From sequence record MF374379.1: a stretch of DNA of 41,559 nucleotides, one strand, 5' to 3'. Both the position numbers and the translations under genes were made by a program. Under the pieces are notes generated by a model. It did no database searches. It was not told the origin of the DNA and saw only the letters and a list, made by a program, of their open reading frames with translations. The stretch comes from Escherichia phage DN1. Positions 1 to 14,131 of the stretch are shown here, piece after piece (positions within the stretch are counted from its first letter, which is position 1; each line of letters starts with the position of its first letter).

Positions 1-12
1 GGGCGGCGACCT
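1..12. other. cos: Left cohesive end (cosN-derived 12-nt end GGGCGGCGACCT)
   Basis: Window begins GGGCGGCGACCTCGCGGGTTTTCGCTATTTATGAAAATTTTCCGG, which I recognise as the left end of mature lambda DNA. Confidence 0.9.
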
Positions 13-189
13 CGCGGGTTTTCGCTATTTATGAAAATTTTCCGGTTTAAGGCGTTTCCGTTCTTCTTCGTCATAACTTAATGTTTTTATTTAAAATACC
101 CTCTGAAAAGAAAGGAAACGACAGGTGCTGAAAGCGAGCTTTTTGGCCTCTGTCGTTTCCTTTCTCTGTTTTTGTCCGTGGAATGAACA
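13..189. promoter_or_regulatory. cosB: cosB terminase-binding region upstream of nu1
   Basis: Non-coding stretch between the cohesive end and the nu1 start at 190; position matches the lambda R-site/IHF-site region. Individual R sites not mapped. Confidence 0.7.
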
Positions 190-709
190 ATGGAAGTCAA
201 CAAAAAGCAGCTGGCTGACATTTTCGGTGCGAGTATCCGTACCATTCAGAACTGGCAGGAACAGGGAATGCCCGTTCTGCGAGGCGGTGGCAAGGGTAAT
301 GAGGTGCTTTATGACTCTGCCGCCGTCATAAAATGGTATGCCGAAAGGGATGCTGAAATTGAGAACGAAAAGCTGCGCCGGGAGGTTGAAGAACTGCGGC
401 AGGCCAGCGAGGCAGATCTCCAGCCAGGAACTATTGAGTACGAACGCCATCGACTTACGCGTGCGCAGGCCGACGCACAGGAACTGAAGAATGCCAGAGA
501 CTCCGCTGAAGTGGTGGAAACCGCATTCTGTACTTTCGTGCTGTCGCGGATCGCAGGTGAAATTGCCAGTATTCTCGACGGGCTCCCCCTGTCGGTGCAG
601 CGGCGTTTTCCGGAACTGGAAAACCGACATGTTGATTTCCTGAAACGGGATATCATCAAAGCCATGAACAAAGCAGCCGCGCTGGATGAACTGATACCGG
701 GGTTGCTGA

Positions 710-735
<26 letters not shown>
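190..735 (+). CDS. nu1: Terminase small subunit Nu1
   Basis: 181-aa ORF starting MEVNKKQLADIFGASIRTIQNWQEQGMPVLRGGGKGNEVLYDSAAVIKWY, recognised as lambda Nu1 with an N-terminal wHTH. Confidence 0.95.
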
Positions 736-4416
<3,681 letters not shown>

Positions 4417-4436
<20 letters not shown>

Positions 4437-5736
4437 TCTCCCGCATATTGCCAGCATGGCCTTTAATGAGCCGCTGATGCTTGAACCCGCCTATGCGCGG
4501 GTTTTCTTTTGTGCGCTTGCAGGCCAGCTTGGGATCAGCAGCCTGACGGATGCGGTGTCCGGCGACAGCCTGACTGCCCAGGAGGCACTCGCGACGCTGG
4601 CATTATCCGGTGATGATGACGGACCACGACAGGCCCGCAGTTATCAGGTCATGAACGGCATCGCCGTGCTGCCGGTGTCCGGCACGCTGGTCAGCCGGAC
4701 GCGGGCGCTGCAGCCGTACTCGGGGATGACCGGTTACAACGGCATTATCGCCCGTCTGCAACAGGCTGCCAGCGATCCGATGGTGGACGGCATTCTGCTC
4801 GATATGGACACGCCCGGCGGGATGGTGGCGGGGGCATTTGACTGCGCTGACATCATCGCCCGTGTGCGTGACATAAAACCGGTATGGGCGCTTGCCAACG
4901 ACATGAACTGCAGTGCAGGTCAGTTGCTTGCCAGTGCCGCCTCCCGGCGTCTGGTCACGCAGACCGCCCGGACAGGCTCCATCGGCGTCATGATGGCTCA
5001 CAGTAATTACGGTGCTGCGCTGGAGAAACAGGGTGTGGAAATCACGCTGATTTACAGCGGCAGCCATAAGGTGGATGGCAACCCCTACAGCCATCTTCCG
5101 GATGACGTCCGGGAGACACTGCAGTCCCGGATGGACGCAACCCGCCAGATGTTTGCGCAGAAGGTGTCGGCATATACCGGCCTGTCCGTGCAGGTTGTGC
5201 TGGATACCGAGGCTGCAGTGTACAGCGGTCAGGAGGCCATTGATGCCGGACTGGCTGATGAACTTGTTAACAGCACCGATGCGATCACCGTCATGCGTGA
5301 TGCACTGGATGCACGTAAATCCCGTCTCTCAGGAGGGCGAATGACCAAAGAGACTCAATCAACAACTGTTTCAGCCACTGCTTCGCAGGCTGACGTTACT
5401 GACGTGGTGCCAGCGACGGAGGGCGAGAACGCCAGCGCGGCGCAGCCGGACGTGAACGCGCAGATCACCGCAGCGGTTGCGGCAGAAAACAGCCGCATTA
5501 TGGGGATACTCAACTGTGAGGAGGCTCACGGACGCGAAGAACAGGCACGCGTGCTGGCAGAAACCCCCGGTATGACCGTGAAAACGGCCCGCCGCATTCT
5601 GGCCGCAGCACCACAGAGTGCACAGGCGCGCAGTGACACTGCGCTGGATCGTCTGATGCAGGGGGCACCGGCACCGCTGGCTGCAGGTAACCCGGCATCT
5701 GATGCCGTTAACGATTTGCTGAACACACCAGTGTAA
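4417..5736 (+). CDS. C: Capsid assembly protease C (GTG start; ORF track extends upstream to 4282)
   Basis: In-frame GTG at 4417 gives MTAELRNLPHIASMAFNEPLMLEPAYARVFF; ClpP/SppA-like peptidase region; overlaps the B 3' end. Confidence 0.85.
5131..5736 (+). CDS. nu3: Scaffolding protein Nu3 (internal in-frame start within C)
   Basis: ATG at 5131 is in frame with C and sits at the canonical lambda Nu3 position (MDATRQMFAQK...). Confidence 0.75.
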   Translation: MDATRQMFAQKVSAYTGLSVQVVLDTEAAVYSGQEAIDAGLADELVNSTDAITVMRDALDARKSRLSGGRMTKETQSTTVSATASQADVTDVVPATEGENASAAQPDVNAQITAAVAAENSRIMGILNCEEAHGREEQARVLAETPGMTVKTARRILAAAPQSAQARSDTALDRLMQGAPAPLAAGNPASDAVNDLLNTPV

Positions 5737-5745
5737 GGGATGTTT

Positions 5746-6078
5746 ATGACGAGCAAAGAAACCTTTACCCATTACCAGCCGCAGGGCAACAGTGACCCGG
5801 CTCATACCGCAACCGCGCCCGGCGGATTGAGTGCGAAAGCGCCTGCAATGACCCCGCTGATGCTGGACACCTCCAGCCGTAAGCTGGTTGCGTGGGATGG
5901 CACCACCGACGGTGCTGCCGTTGGCATTCTTGCGGTTGCTGCTGACCAGACCAGCACCACGCTGACGTTCTACAAGTCCGGCACGTTCCGTTATGAGGAT
6001 GTGCTCTGGCCGGAGGCTGCCAGCGACGAGACGAAAAAACGGACCGCGTTTGCCGGAACGGCAATCAGCATCGTTTAA
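5746..6078 (+). CDS. D: Head decoration protein D
   Basis: [27 protein letters not shown]...; ORF track start at 5740 is two codons upstream. Confidence 0.9.
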
Positions 6079-6133
6079 CTTTACCCTTCATCACTAAAGG
6101 CCGCCTGTGCGGCTTTTTTTACGGGATTTTTTT

Positions 6134-7159
6134 ATGTCGATGTACACAACCGCCCAACTGCTGGCGGCAAATGAGCAGAAATTTAAGTTTGATCCGCTGT
6201 TTCTGCGTCTCTTTTTCCGTGAGAGCTATCCCTTCACCACGGAGAAAGTCTATCTCTCACAAATTCCGGGACTGGTAAACATGGCGCTGTACGTTTCGCC
6301 GATTGTTTCCGGTGAGGTTATCCGTTCCCGTGGCGGCTCCACCTCTGAATTTACGCCGGGATATGTCAAGCCGAAGCATGAAGTGAATCCGCAGATGACC
6401 CTGCGTCGCCTGCCGGATGAAGATCCGCAGAATCTGGCGGACCCGGCTTACCGCCGCCGTCGCATCATCATGCAGAACATGCGTGACGAAGAGCTGGCCA
6501 TTGCTCAGGTCGAAGAGATGCAGGCAGTTTCTGCCGTGCTTAAGGGCAAATACACCATGACCGGTGAAGCCTTCGATCCGGTTGAGGTGGATATGGGCCG
6601 CAGTGAGGAGAATAACATCACGCAGTCCGGCGGCACGGAGTGGAGCAAGCGTGACAAGTCCACGTATGACCCGACCGACGATATCGAAGCCTACGCGCTG
6701 AACGCCAGCGGTGTGGTGAATATCATCGTGTTCGATCCGAAAGGCTGGGCGCTGTTCCGTTCCTTCAAAGCCGTCAAGGAGAAGCTGGATACCCGTCGTG
6801 GCTCTAATTCCGAGCTGGAGACAGCGGTGAAAGACCTGGGCAAAGCGGTGTCCTATAAGGGGATGTATGGCGATGTGGCCATCGTCGTGTATTCCGGACA
6901 GTACGTGGAAAACGGCGTCAAAAAGAACTTCCTGCCGGACAACACGATGGTGCTGGGGAACACTCAGGCACGCGGTCTGCGCACCTATGGCTGCATTCAG
7001 GATGCGGACGCACAGCGCGAAGGCATTAACGCCTCTGCCCGTTACCCGAAAAACTGGGTGACCACCGGCGATCCGGCGCGTGAGTTCACCATGATTCAGT
7101 CAGCACCGCTGATGCTGCTGGCTGACCCTGATGAGTTCGTGTCCGTACAACTGGCGTAA
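6134..7159 (+). CDS. E: Major capsid protein E
   Basis: MSMYTTAQLLAANEQKFKFDPLFLRLFFRESYPF...; HK97-fold major capsid protein of lambda; ORF track extends upstream to 6107. Confidence 0.95.
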   Translation: MSMYTTAQLLAANEQKFKFDPLFLRLFFRESYPFTTEKVYLSQIPGLVNMALYVSPIVSGEVIRSRGGSTSEFTPGYVKPKHEVNPQMTLRRLPDEDPQNLADPAYRRRRIIMQNMRDEELAIAQVEEMQAVSAVLKGKYTMTGEAFDPVEVDMGRSEENNITQSGGTEWSKRDKSTYDPTDDIEAYALNASGVVNIIVFDPKGWALFRSFKAVKEKLDTRRGSNSELETAVKDLGKAVSYKGMYGDVAIVVYSGQYVENGVKKNFLPDNTMVLGNTQARGLRTYGCIQDADAQREGINASARYPKNWVTTGDPAREFTMIQSAPLMLLADPDEFVSVQLA

Positions 7160-7200
7160 TCATGGCCCTTCGGGGCCATTGTTTCTCTGTGGAGGAGTCC

Positions 7201-7599
7201 ATGACGAAAGATGAACTGATTGCCCGTCTCCGCTCGCTGGGTGAACAACTGAACCGTGATGTCAGCCTGACGGGGACGAAAGAAGAACTGGCGCTCCGTG
7301 TGGCAGAGCTGAAAGAGGAGCTTGATGACACGGATGAAACTGCCGGTCAGGACACCCCTCTCAGCCGGGAAAATGTGCTGACCGGACATGAAAATGAGGT
7401 GGGATCAGCGCAGCCGGATACCGTGATTCTGGATACGTCTGAACTGGTCACGGTCGTGGCACTGGTGAAGCTGCATACTGATGCACTTCACGCCACGCGG
7501 GATGAACCTGTGGCATTTGTGCTGCCGGGAACGGCGTTTCGTGTCTCTGCCGGTGTGGCAGCCGAAATGACAGAGCGCGGCCTGGCCAGAATGCAATAA
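7201..7599 (+). CDS. FI: DNA packaging protein FI
   Basis: MTKDELIARLRSLGEQLNRDVSLTGTKEELALRVAELKEEL; lambda FI position. Confidence 0.85.
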   Translation: MTKDELIARLRSLGEQLNRDVSLTGTKEELALRVAELKEELDDTDETAGQDTPLSRENVLTGHENEVGSAQPDTVILDTSELVTVVALVKLHTDALHATRDEPVAFVLPGTAFRVSAGVAAEMTERGLARMQ

Positions 7600-7610
7600 C
7601 GGGAGGCGCT

Positions 7611-7964
7611 GTGGCTGATTTCGATAACCTGTTCGATGCTGCCATTGCCCGCGCCGATGAAACGATACGCGGGTACATGGGAACGTCAGCCACCATTACA
7701 TCCGGTGAGCAGTCAGGTGCGGTGATACGTGGTGTTTTTGATGACCCTGAAAATATCAGCTATGCCGGACAGGGCGTGCGCGTTGAAGGCTCCAGCCCGT
7801 CCCTGTTTGTCCGGACTGATGAGGTGCGGCAGCTGCGGCGTGGAGACACGCTGACCATCGGTGAGGAAAATTTCTGGGTAGATCGGGTTTCGCCGGATGA
7901 TGGCGGAAGTTGTCATCTCTGGCTTGGACGGGGCGTACCGCCTGCCGTTAACCGTCGCCGCTGA
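7611..7964 (+). CDS. FII: Head-tail connector FII
   Basis: 117-aa ORF MADFDNLFDAAIARADETIRGYMG at the lambda FII position. Confidence 0.9.
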   Translation: MADFDNLFDAAIARADETIRGYMGTSATITSGEQSGAVIRGVFDDPENISYAGQGVRVEGSSPSLFVRTDEVRQLRRGDTLTIGEENFWVDRVSPDDGGSCHLWLGRGVPPAVNRRR

Positions 7965-7975
7965 AAGGGGGATGT

Positions 7976-8554
7976 ATGGCCATAAAAGGTCTTGAGCAGG
8001 CCGTTGAAAACCTCAGCCGTATCAGCAAAACGGCGGTGCCTGGTGCCGCCGCAATGGCCATTAACCGCGTTGCTTCATCCGCGATATCGCAGTCGGCGTC
8101 ACAGGTTGCCCGTGAGACAAAGGTACGCCGGAAACTGGTAAAGGAAAGGGCCAGGCTGAAAAGGGCCACGGTCAAAAATCCGCAGGCCAGAATCAAAGTT
8201 AACCGGGGGGATTTGCCCGTAATCAAGCTGGGTAATGCGCGGGTTGTCCTTTCGCGCCGCAGGCGTCGTAAAAAGGGGCAGCGTTCATCCCTGAAAGGTG
8301 GCGGCAGCGTGCTTGTGGTGGGTAACCGTCGTATTCCCGGCGCGTTTATTCAGCAACTGAAAAATGGCCGGTGGCATGTCATGCAGCGTGTGGCTGGGAA
8401 AAACCGTTACCCCATTGATGTGGTGAAAATCCCGATGGCGGTGCCGCTGACCACGGCGTTTAAACAAAATATTGAGCGGATACGGCGTGAACGTCTTCCG
8501 AAAGAGCTGGGCTATGCGCTGCAGCATCAACTGAGGATGGTAATAAAGCGATGA
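7976..8554 (+). CDS. Z: Tail completion protein Z
   Basis: 192-aa ORF at the lambda Z position. Confidence 0.9.
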   Translation: MAIKGLEQAVENLSRISKTAVPGAAAMAINRVASSAISQSASQVARETKVRRKLVKERARLKRATVKNPQARIKVNRGDLPVIKLGNARVVLSRRRRRKKGQRSSLKGGGSVLVVGNRRIPGAFIQQLKNGRWHVMQRVAGKNRYPIDVVKIPMAVPLTTAFKQNIERIRRERLPKELGYALQHQLRMVIKR

Positions 8555-8946
8555 AACATACTGAACTCCGTGCAGCCGTACTGGATGCACTGGAGAAGCA
8601 TGACACCGGGGCGACGTTTTTTGATGGTCGCCCCGCTGTTTTTGATGAGGCGGATTTTCCGGCAGTTGCCGTTTATCTCACCGGCGCTGAATACACGGGC
8701 GAAGAGCTGGACAGCGATACCTGGCAGGCGGAGCTGCATATCGAAGTTTTCCTGCCTGCTCAGGTGCCGGATTCAGAGCTGGATGCGTGGATGGAGTCCC
8801 GGATTTATCCGGTGATGAGCGATATCCCGGCACTGTCAGATTTGATCACCAGTATGGTGGCCAGCGGCTATGACTACCGGCGCGACGATGATGCGGGCTT
8901 GTGGAGTTCAGCCGATCTGACTTATGTCATTACCTATGAAATGTGA
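8551..8946 (+). CDS. U: Tail terminator protein U
   Basis: 131-aa [34 protein letters not shown]; overlaps the Z stop. Confidence 0.9.
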
Positions 8947-8953
8947 GGACGCT

Positions 8954-9694
8954 ATGCCTGTACCAAATCCTACAATGCCGGTGAAAGGTGCCGGGACCAC
9001 CCTGTGGGTTTATAAGGGGAGCGGTGACCCTTACGCGAATCCGCTTTCAGACGTTGACTGGTCGCGTCTGGCAAAAGTTAAAGACCTGACGCCCGGCGAA
9101 CTGACCGCTGAGTCCTATGACGACAGCTATCTCGATGATGAAGATGCAGACTGGACTGCGACCGGGCAGGGGCAGAAATCTGCCGGAGATACCAGCTTCA
9201 CGCTGGCGTGGATGCCCGGAGAGCAGGGGCAGCAGGCGCTGCTGGCGTGGTTTAATGAAGGCGATACCCGTGCCTATAAAATCCGCTTCCCGAACGGCAC
9301 GGTCGATGTGTTCCGTGGCTGGGTCAGCAGTATCGGTAAGGCGGTGACGGCGAAGGAAGTGATCACCCGCACGGTGAAAGTCACCAATGTGGGACGTCCG
9401 TCGATGGCAGAAGATCGCAGCACGGTAACAGCGGCAACCGGCATGACCGTGACGCCTGCCAGCACCTCGGTGGTGAAAGGGCAGAGCACCACGCTGACCG
9501 TGGCCTTCCAGCCGGAGGGCGTAACCGACAAGAGCTTTCGTGCGGTGTCTGCGGATAAAACAAAAGCCACCGTGTCGGTCAGTGGTATGACCATCACCGT
9601 GAACGGCGTTGCTGCAGGCAAGGTCAACATTCCGGTTGTATCCGGTAATGGTGAGTTTGCTGCGGTTGCAGAAATTACCGTCACCGCCAGTTAA
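8954..9694 (+). CDS. V: Major tail tube protein V
   Basis: [36 protein letters not shown]..., with a C-terminal Ig-like region; ORF track starts 10 codons upstream at 8924. Confidence 0.9.
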
Positions 9695-9709
9695 TCCGGA
9701 GAGTCAGCG

Positions 9710-10132
9710 ATGTTCCTGAAAACCGAATCATTTGAACATAACGGTGTGACCGTCACGCTTTCTGAACTGTCAGCCCTGCAGCGCATTGAGCATCTCGCCC
9801 TGATGAAACGGCAGGCAGAACAGGCGGAGTCAGACAGCAACCGGAAGTTTACTGTGGAAGACGCCATCAGAACCGGCGCGTTTCTGGTGGCGATGTCCCT
9901 GTGGCATAACCATCCGCAGAAGACGCAGATGCCGTCCATGAATGAAGCCGTTAAACAGATTGAGCAGGAAGTGCTTACCACCTGGCCCACGGAGGCAATT
10001 TCTCATGCTGAAAACGTGGTGTACCGGCTGTCTGGTATGTATGAGTTTGTGGTGAATAATGCCCCTGAACAGACAGAGGACGCCGGGCCCGCAGAGCCTG
10101 TTTCTGCGGGAAAGTGTTCGACGGTGAGCTGA
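9710..10132 (+). CDS. G: Tail assembly chaperone G
   Basis: 140-aa ORF directly upstream of the tape measure gene; lambda G. Confidence 0.9.
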   Translation: MFLKTESFEHNGVTVTLSELSALQRIEHLALMKRQAEQAESDSNRKFTVEDAIRTGAFLVAMSLWHNHPQKTQMPSMNEAVKQIEQEVLTTWPTEAISHAENVVYRLSGMYEFVVNNAPEQTEDAGPAEPVSAGKCSTVS

Positions 10133-10548
10133 GTTTTGCCCTGAAACTGGCGCGTGAGATGGGGCGACCCGACTGGCGTGCCATGCTTGCCGGGATGTCA
10201 TCCACGGAGTATGCCGACTGGCACCGCTTTTACAGTACCCATTATTTTCATGATGTTCTGCTGGATATGCACTTTTCCGGGCTGACGTACACCGTGCTCA
10301 GCCTGTTTTTCAGCGATCCGGATATGCATCCGCTGGATTTCAGTCTGCTGAACCGGCGCGAGGCTGACGAAGAGCCTGAAGATGATGTGCTGATGCAGAA
10401 AGCGGCAGGGCTTGCCGGAGGTGTCCGCTTTGGCCCGGACGGGAATGAAGTTATCCCCGCTTCCCCGGATGTGGCGGACATGACGGAGGATGACGTAATG
10501 CTGATGACAGTATCAGAAGGGATCGCAGGAGGAGTCCGGTATGGCTGA
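10114..10548 (+). CDS. T: T frame of the G-T tail assembly chaperone, made by programmed -1 frameshift from G
   Basis: ORF in the -1 frame overlapping the G 3' end; slippery heptamer GGGAAAG at 10108..10114; conserved G/GT arrangement ahead of the tape measure gene. Confidence 0.8.
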   Translation: MFDGELSFALKLAREMGRPDWRAMLAGMSSTEYADWHRFYSTHYFHDVLLDMHFSGLTYTVLSLFFSDPDMHPLDFSLLNRREADEEPEDDVLMQKAAGLAGGVRFGPDGNEVIPASPDVADMTEDDVMLMTVSEGIAGGVRYG

Positions 10549-13102
10549 ACCGGTAGGCGATCTGGTCGTTGATTTGAGTCTGGATGCGGCCAGATTTGAC
10601 GAGCAGATGGCCAGAGTCAGGCGTCATTTTTCTGGTACGGAAAGTGATGCGAAAAAAACAGCGGCAGTCGTTGAACAGTCGCTGAGCCGACAGGCGCTGG
10701 CTGCACAGAAAGCGGGGATTTCCGTCGGGCAGTATAAAGCCGCCATGCGTATGCTGCCTGCACAGTTCACCGACGTGGCCACGCAGCTTGCAGGCGGGCA
10801 AAGTCCGTGGCTGATCCTGCTGCAACAGGGGGGGCAGGTGAAGGACTCCTTCGGCGGGATGATCCCCATGTTCAGGGGGCTTGCCGGTGCGATCACCCTG
10901 CCGATGGTGGGGGCCACCTCGCTGGCGGTGGCGACCGGTGCGCTGGCGTATGCCTGGTATCAGGGCAACTCAACCCTGTCCGATTTCAACAAAACGCTGG
11001 TCCTTTCCGGCAATCAGGCGGGACTGACGGCAGATCGTATGCTGGTCCTGTCCAGAGCCGGGCAGGCGGCAGGGCTGACGTTTAACCAGACCAGCGAGTC
11101 ACTCAGCGCACTGGTTAAGGCGGGGGTAAGCGGTGAGGCTCAGATTGCGTCCATCAGCCAGAGTGTGGCGCGTTTCTCCTCTGCATCCGGCGTGGAGGTG
11201 GACAAGGTCGCTGAAGCCTTCGGGAAGCTGACCACAGACCCGACGTCGGGGCTGACGGCGATGGCTCGCCAGTTCCATAACGTGTCGGCGGAGCAGATTG
11301 CGTATGTTGCTCAGTTGCAGCGTTCCGGCGATGAAGCCGGGGCATTGCAGGCGGCGAACGAGGCCGCAACGAAAGGGTTTGATGACCAGACCCGCCGCCT
11401 GAAAGAGAACATGGGCACGCTGGAGACCTGGGCAGACAGGACTGCGCGGGCATTCAAATCCATGTGGGATGCGGTGCTGGATATTGGTCGTCCTGATACC
11501 GCGCAGGAGATGCTGATTAAGGCAGAGGCTGCGTATAAGAAAGCAGACGACATCTGGAATCTGCGCAAGGATGATTATTTTGTTAACGATGAAGCGCGGG
11601 CGCGTTACTGGGATGATCGTGAAAAGGCCCGTCTTGCGCTTGAAGCCGCCCGAAAGAAGGCTGAGCAGCAGACTCAACAGGACAAAAATGCGCAGCAGCA
11701 GAGCGATACCGAAGCGTCACGGCTGAAATATACCGAAGAGGCGCAGAAGGCTTACGAACGGCTGCAGACGCCGCTGGAGAAATATACCGCCCGTCAGGAA
11801 GAACTGAACAAGGCACTGAAAGACGGGAAAATCCTGCAGGCGGATTACAACACGCTGATGGCGGCGGCGAAAAAGGATTATGAAGCGACGCTGAAAAAGC
11901 CGAAACAGTCCAGCGTGAAGGTGTCTGCGGGCGATCGTCAGGAAGACAGTGCTCATGCTGCCCTGCTGACGCTTCAGGCAGAACTCCGGACGCTGGAGAA
12001 GCATGCCGGAGCAAATGAGAAAATCAGCCAGCAGCGCCGGGATTTGTGGAAGGCGGAGAGTCAGTTCGCGGTACTGGAGGAGGCGGCGCAACGTCGCCAG
12101 CTGTCTGCACAGGAGAAATCCCTGCTGGCGCATAAAGATGAGACGCTGGAGTACAAACGCCAGCTGGCTGCACTTGGCGACAAGGTTACGTATCAGGAGC
12201 GCCTGAACGCGCTGGCGCAGCAGGCGGATAAATTCGCACAGCAGCAACGGGCAAAACGGGCCGCCATTGATGCGAAAAGCCGGGGGCTGACTGACCGGCA
12301 GGCAGAACGGGAAGCCACGGAACAGCGCCTGAAGGAACAGTATGGCGATAATCCGCTGGCGCTGAATAACGTCATGTCAGAGCAGAAAAAGACCTGGGCG
12401 GCTGAAGACCAGCTTCGCGGGAACTGGATGGCAGGCCTGAAGTCCGGCTGGAGTGAGTGGGAAGAGAGCGCCACGGACAGTATGTCGCAGGTAAAAAGTG
12501 CAGCCACGCAGACCTTTGATGGTATTGCACAGAATATGGCGGCGATGCTGACCGGCAGTGAGCAGAACTGGCGCAGCTTCACCCGTTCCGTGCTGTCCAT
12601 GATGACAGAAATTCTGCTTAAGCAGGCAATGGTGGGGATTGTCGGGAGTATCGGCAGCGCCATTGGCGGGGCTGTTGGTGGCGGCGCATCCGCGTCAGGC
12701 GGTACAGCCATTCAGGCCGCTGCGGCGAAATTCCATTTTGCAACCGGAGGATTTACGGGAACCGGCGGCAAATATGAGCCAGCGGGGATTGTTCACCGTG
12801 GTGAGTTTGTCTTCACGAAGGAGGCAACCAGCCGGATTGGCGTGGGGAATCTTTACCGGCTGATGCGCGGCTATGCCACCGGCGGTTATGTCGGTACACC
12901 GGGCAGCATGGCAGACAGCCGGTCGCAGGCGTCCGGGACGTTTGAGCAGAATAACCATGTGGTGATTAACAACGACGGCACGAACGGGCAGATAGGTCCG
13001 GCTGCTCTGAAGGCGGTGTATGACATGGCCCGCAAGGGTGCCCGTGATGAAATTCAGACACAGATGCGTGATGGTGGCCTGTTCTCCGGAGGTGGACGAT
13101 GA
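10541..13102 (+). CDS. H: Tail tape measure protein H
   Basis: 853-aa ORF, coiled-coil and Ala/Gln-rich, at the lambda H position. Confidence 0.95.
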   Translation: MAEPVGDLVVDLSLDAARFDEQMARVRRHFSGTESDAKKTAAVVEQSLSRQALAAQKAGISVGQYKAAMRMLPAQFTDVATQLAGGQSPWLILLQQGGQVKDSFGGMIPMFRGLAGAITLPMVGATSLAVATGALAYAWYQGNSTLSDFNKTLVLSGNQAGLTADRMLVLSRAGQAAGLTFNQTSESLSALVKAGVSGEAQIASISQSVARFSSASGVEVDKVAEAFGKLTTDPTSGLTAMARQFHNVSAEQIAYVAQLQRSGDEAGALQAANEAATKGFDDQTRRLKENMGTLETWADRTARAFKSMWDAVLDIGRPDTAQEMLIKAEAAYKKADDIWNLRKDDYFVNDEARARYWDDREKARLALEAARKKAEQQTQQDKNAQQQSDTEASRLKYTEEAQKAYERLQTPLEKYTARQEELNKALKDGKILQADYNTLMAAAKKDYEATLKKPKQSSVKVSAGDRQEDSAHAALLTLQAELRTLEKHAGANEKISQQRRDLWKAESQFAVLEEAAQRRQLSAQEKSLLAHKDETLEYKRQLAALGDKVTYQERLNALAQQADKFAQQQRAKRAAIDAKSRGLTDRQAEREATEQRLKEQYGDNPLALNNVMSEQKKTWAAEDQLRGNWMAGLKSGWSEWEESATDSMSQVKSAATQTFDGIAQNMAAMLTGSEQNWRSFTRSVLSMMTEILLKQAMVGIVGSIGSAIGGAVGGGASASGGTAIQAAAAKFHFATGGFTGTGGKYEPAGIVHRGEFVFTKEATSRIGVGNLYRLMRGYATGGYVGTPGSMADSRSQASGTFEQNNHVVINNDGTNGQIGPAALKAVYDMARKGARDEIQTQMRDGGLFSGGGR

Positions 13103-13428
13103 AGACCTTCCGCTGGAAAGTGAAACCCGGTATGGATGTGGCTTCGGTCCCTTCTGTAAGAAAGGTGCGCTTTGGTGATGGCTATTCTCAGCGAGCGCCT
13201 GCCGGGCTGAATGCCAACCTGAAAACGTACAGCGTGACGCTTTCTGTCCCCCGTGAGGAGGCCACGGTACTGGAGTCGTTTCTGGAAGAGCACGGGGGCT
13301 GGAAATCCTTTCTGTGGACGCCGCCTTATGAGTGGCGGCAGATAAAGGTGACCTGCGCAAAATGGTCGTCGCGGGTCAGTATGCTGCGTGTTGAGTTCAG
13401 CGCAGAGTTTGAACAGGTGGTGAACTGA
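13099..13428 (+). CDS. M: Tail tip protein M
   Basis: 109-aa ORF MKTFRWKVKPGMDVASVPSVRKVRFGDGYSQRAP. Confidence 0.9.
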   Translation: MKTFRWKVKPGMDVASVPSVRKVRFGDGYSQRAPAGLNANLKTYSVTLSVPREEATVLESFLEEHGGWKSFLWTPPYEWRQIKVTCAKWSSRVSMLRVEFSAEFEQVVN

Positions 13429-14126
13429 TGCAGGATATCCGGCAGGAAACACTGAATGAATGCACCCGTGCGGAGCAGTCGGCCAGCGTGGTGCTCTGGG
13501 AAATCGACCTGACAGAGGTCGGTGGAGAACGTTATTTTTTCTGTAATGAGCAGAACGAAAAAGGTGAGCCGGTCACCTGGCAGGGGCGACAGTATCAGCC
13601 GTATCCCATTCAGGGGAGCGGTTTTGAACTGAATGGCAAAGGCACCAGTACGCGCCCCACGCTGACGGTTTCTAACCTGTACGGTATGGTCACCGGGATG
13701 GCGGAAGATATGCAGAGTCTGGTCGGCGGAACGGTGGTCCGGCGTAAGGTTTACGCCCGTTTTCTGGATGCGGTGAACTTCGTCAACGGAAACAGTTACG
13801 CCGATCCGGAGCAGGAGGTGATCAGCCGCTGGCGCATTGAGCAGTGCAGCGAACTGAGCGCGGTGAGTGCCTCCTTTGTACTGTCCACGCCGACGGAAAC
13901 GGATGGCGCTGTTTTTCCGGGACGTATCATGCTGGCCAACACCTGCACCTGGACCTATCGCGGTGACGAGTGCGGTTATAGCGGTCCGGCTGTCGCGGAT
14001 GAATATGACCAGCCAACGTCCGATATCACGAAGGATAAATGCAGCAAATGCCTGAGCGGTTGTAAGTTCCGCAATAACGTCGGCAACTTTGGCGGCTTCC
14101 TTTCCATTAACAAACTTTCGCAGTAA
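13428..14126 (+). CDS. L: Tail tip protein L
   Basis: 232-aa ORF at the lambda L position with a C-terminal Cys cluster. Confidence 0.9.
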   Translation: MQDIRQETLNECTRAEQSASVVLWEIDLTEVGGERYFFCNEQNEKGEPVTWQGRQYQPYPIQGSGFELNGKGTSTRPTLTVSNLYGMVTGMAEDMQSLVGGTVVRRKVYARFLDAVNFVNGNSYADPEQEVISRWRIEQCSELSAVSASFVLSTPTETDGAVFPGRIMLANTCTWTYRGDECGYSGPAVADEYDQPTSDITKDKCSKCLSGCKFRNNVGNFGGFLSINKLSQ

Positions 14127-14131
14127 ATCCC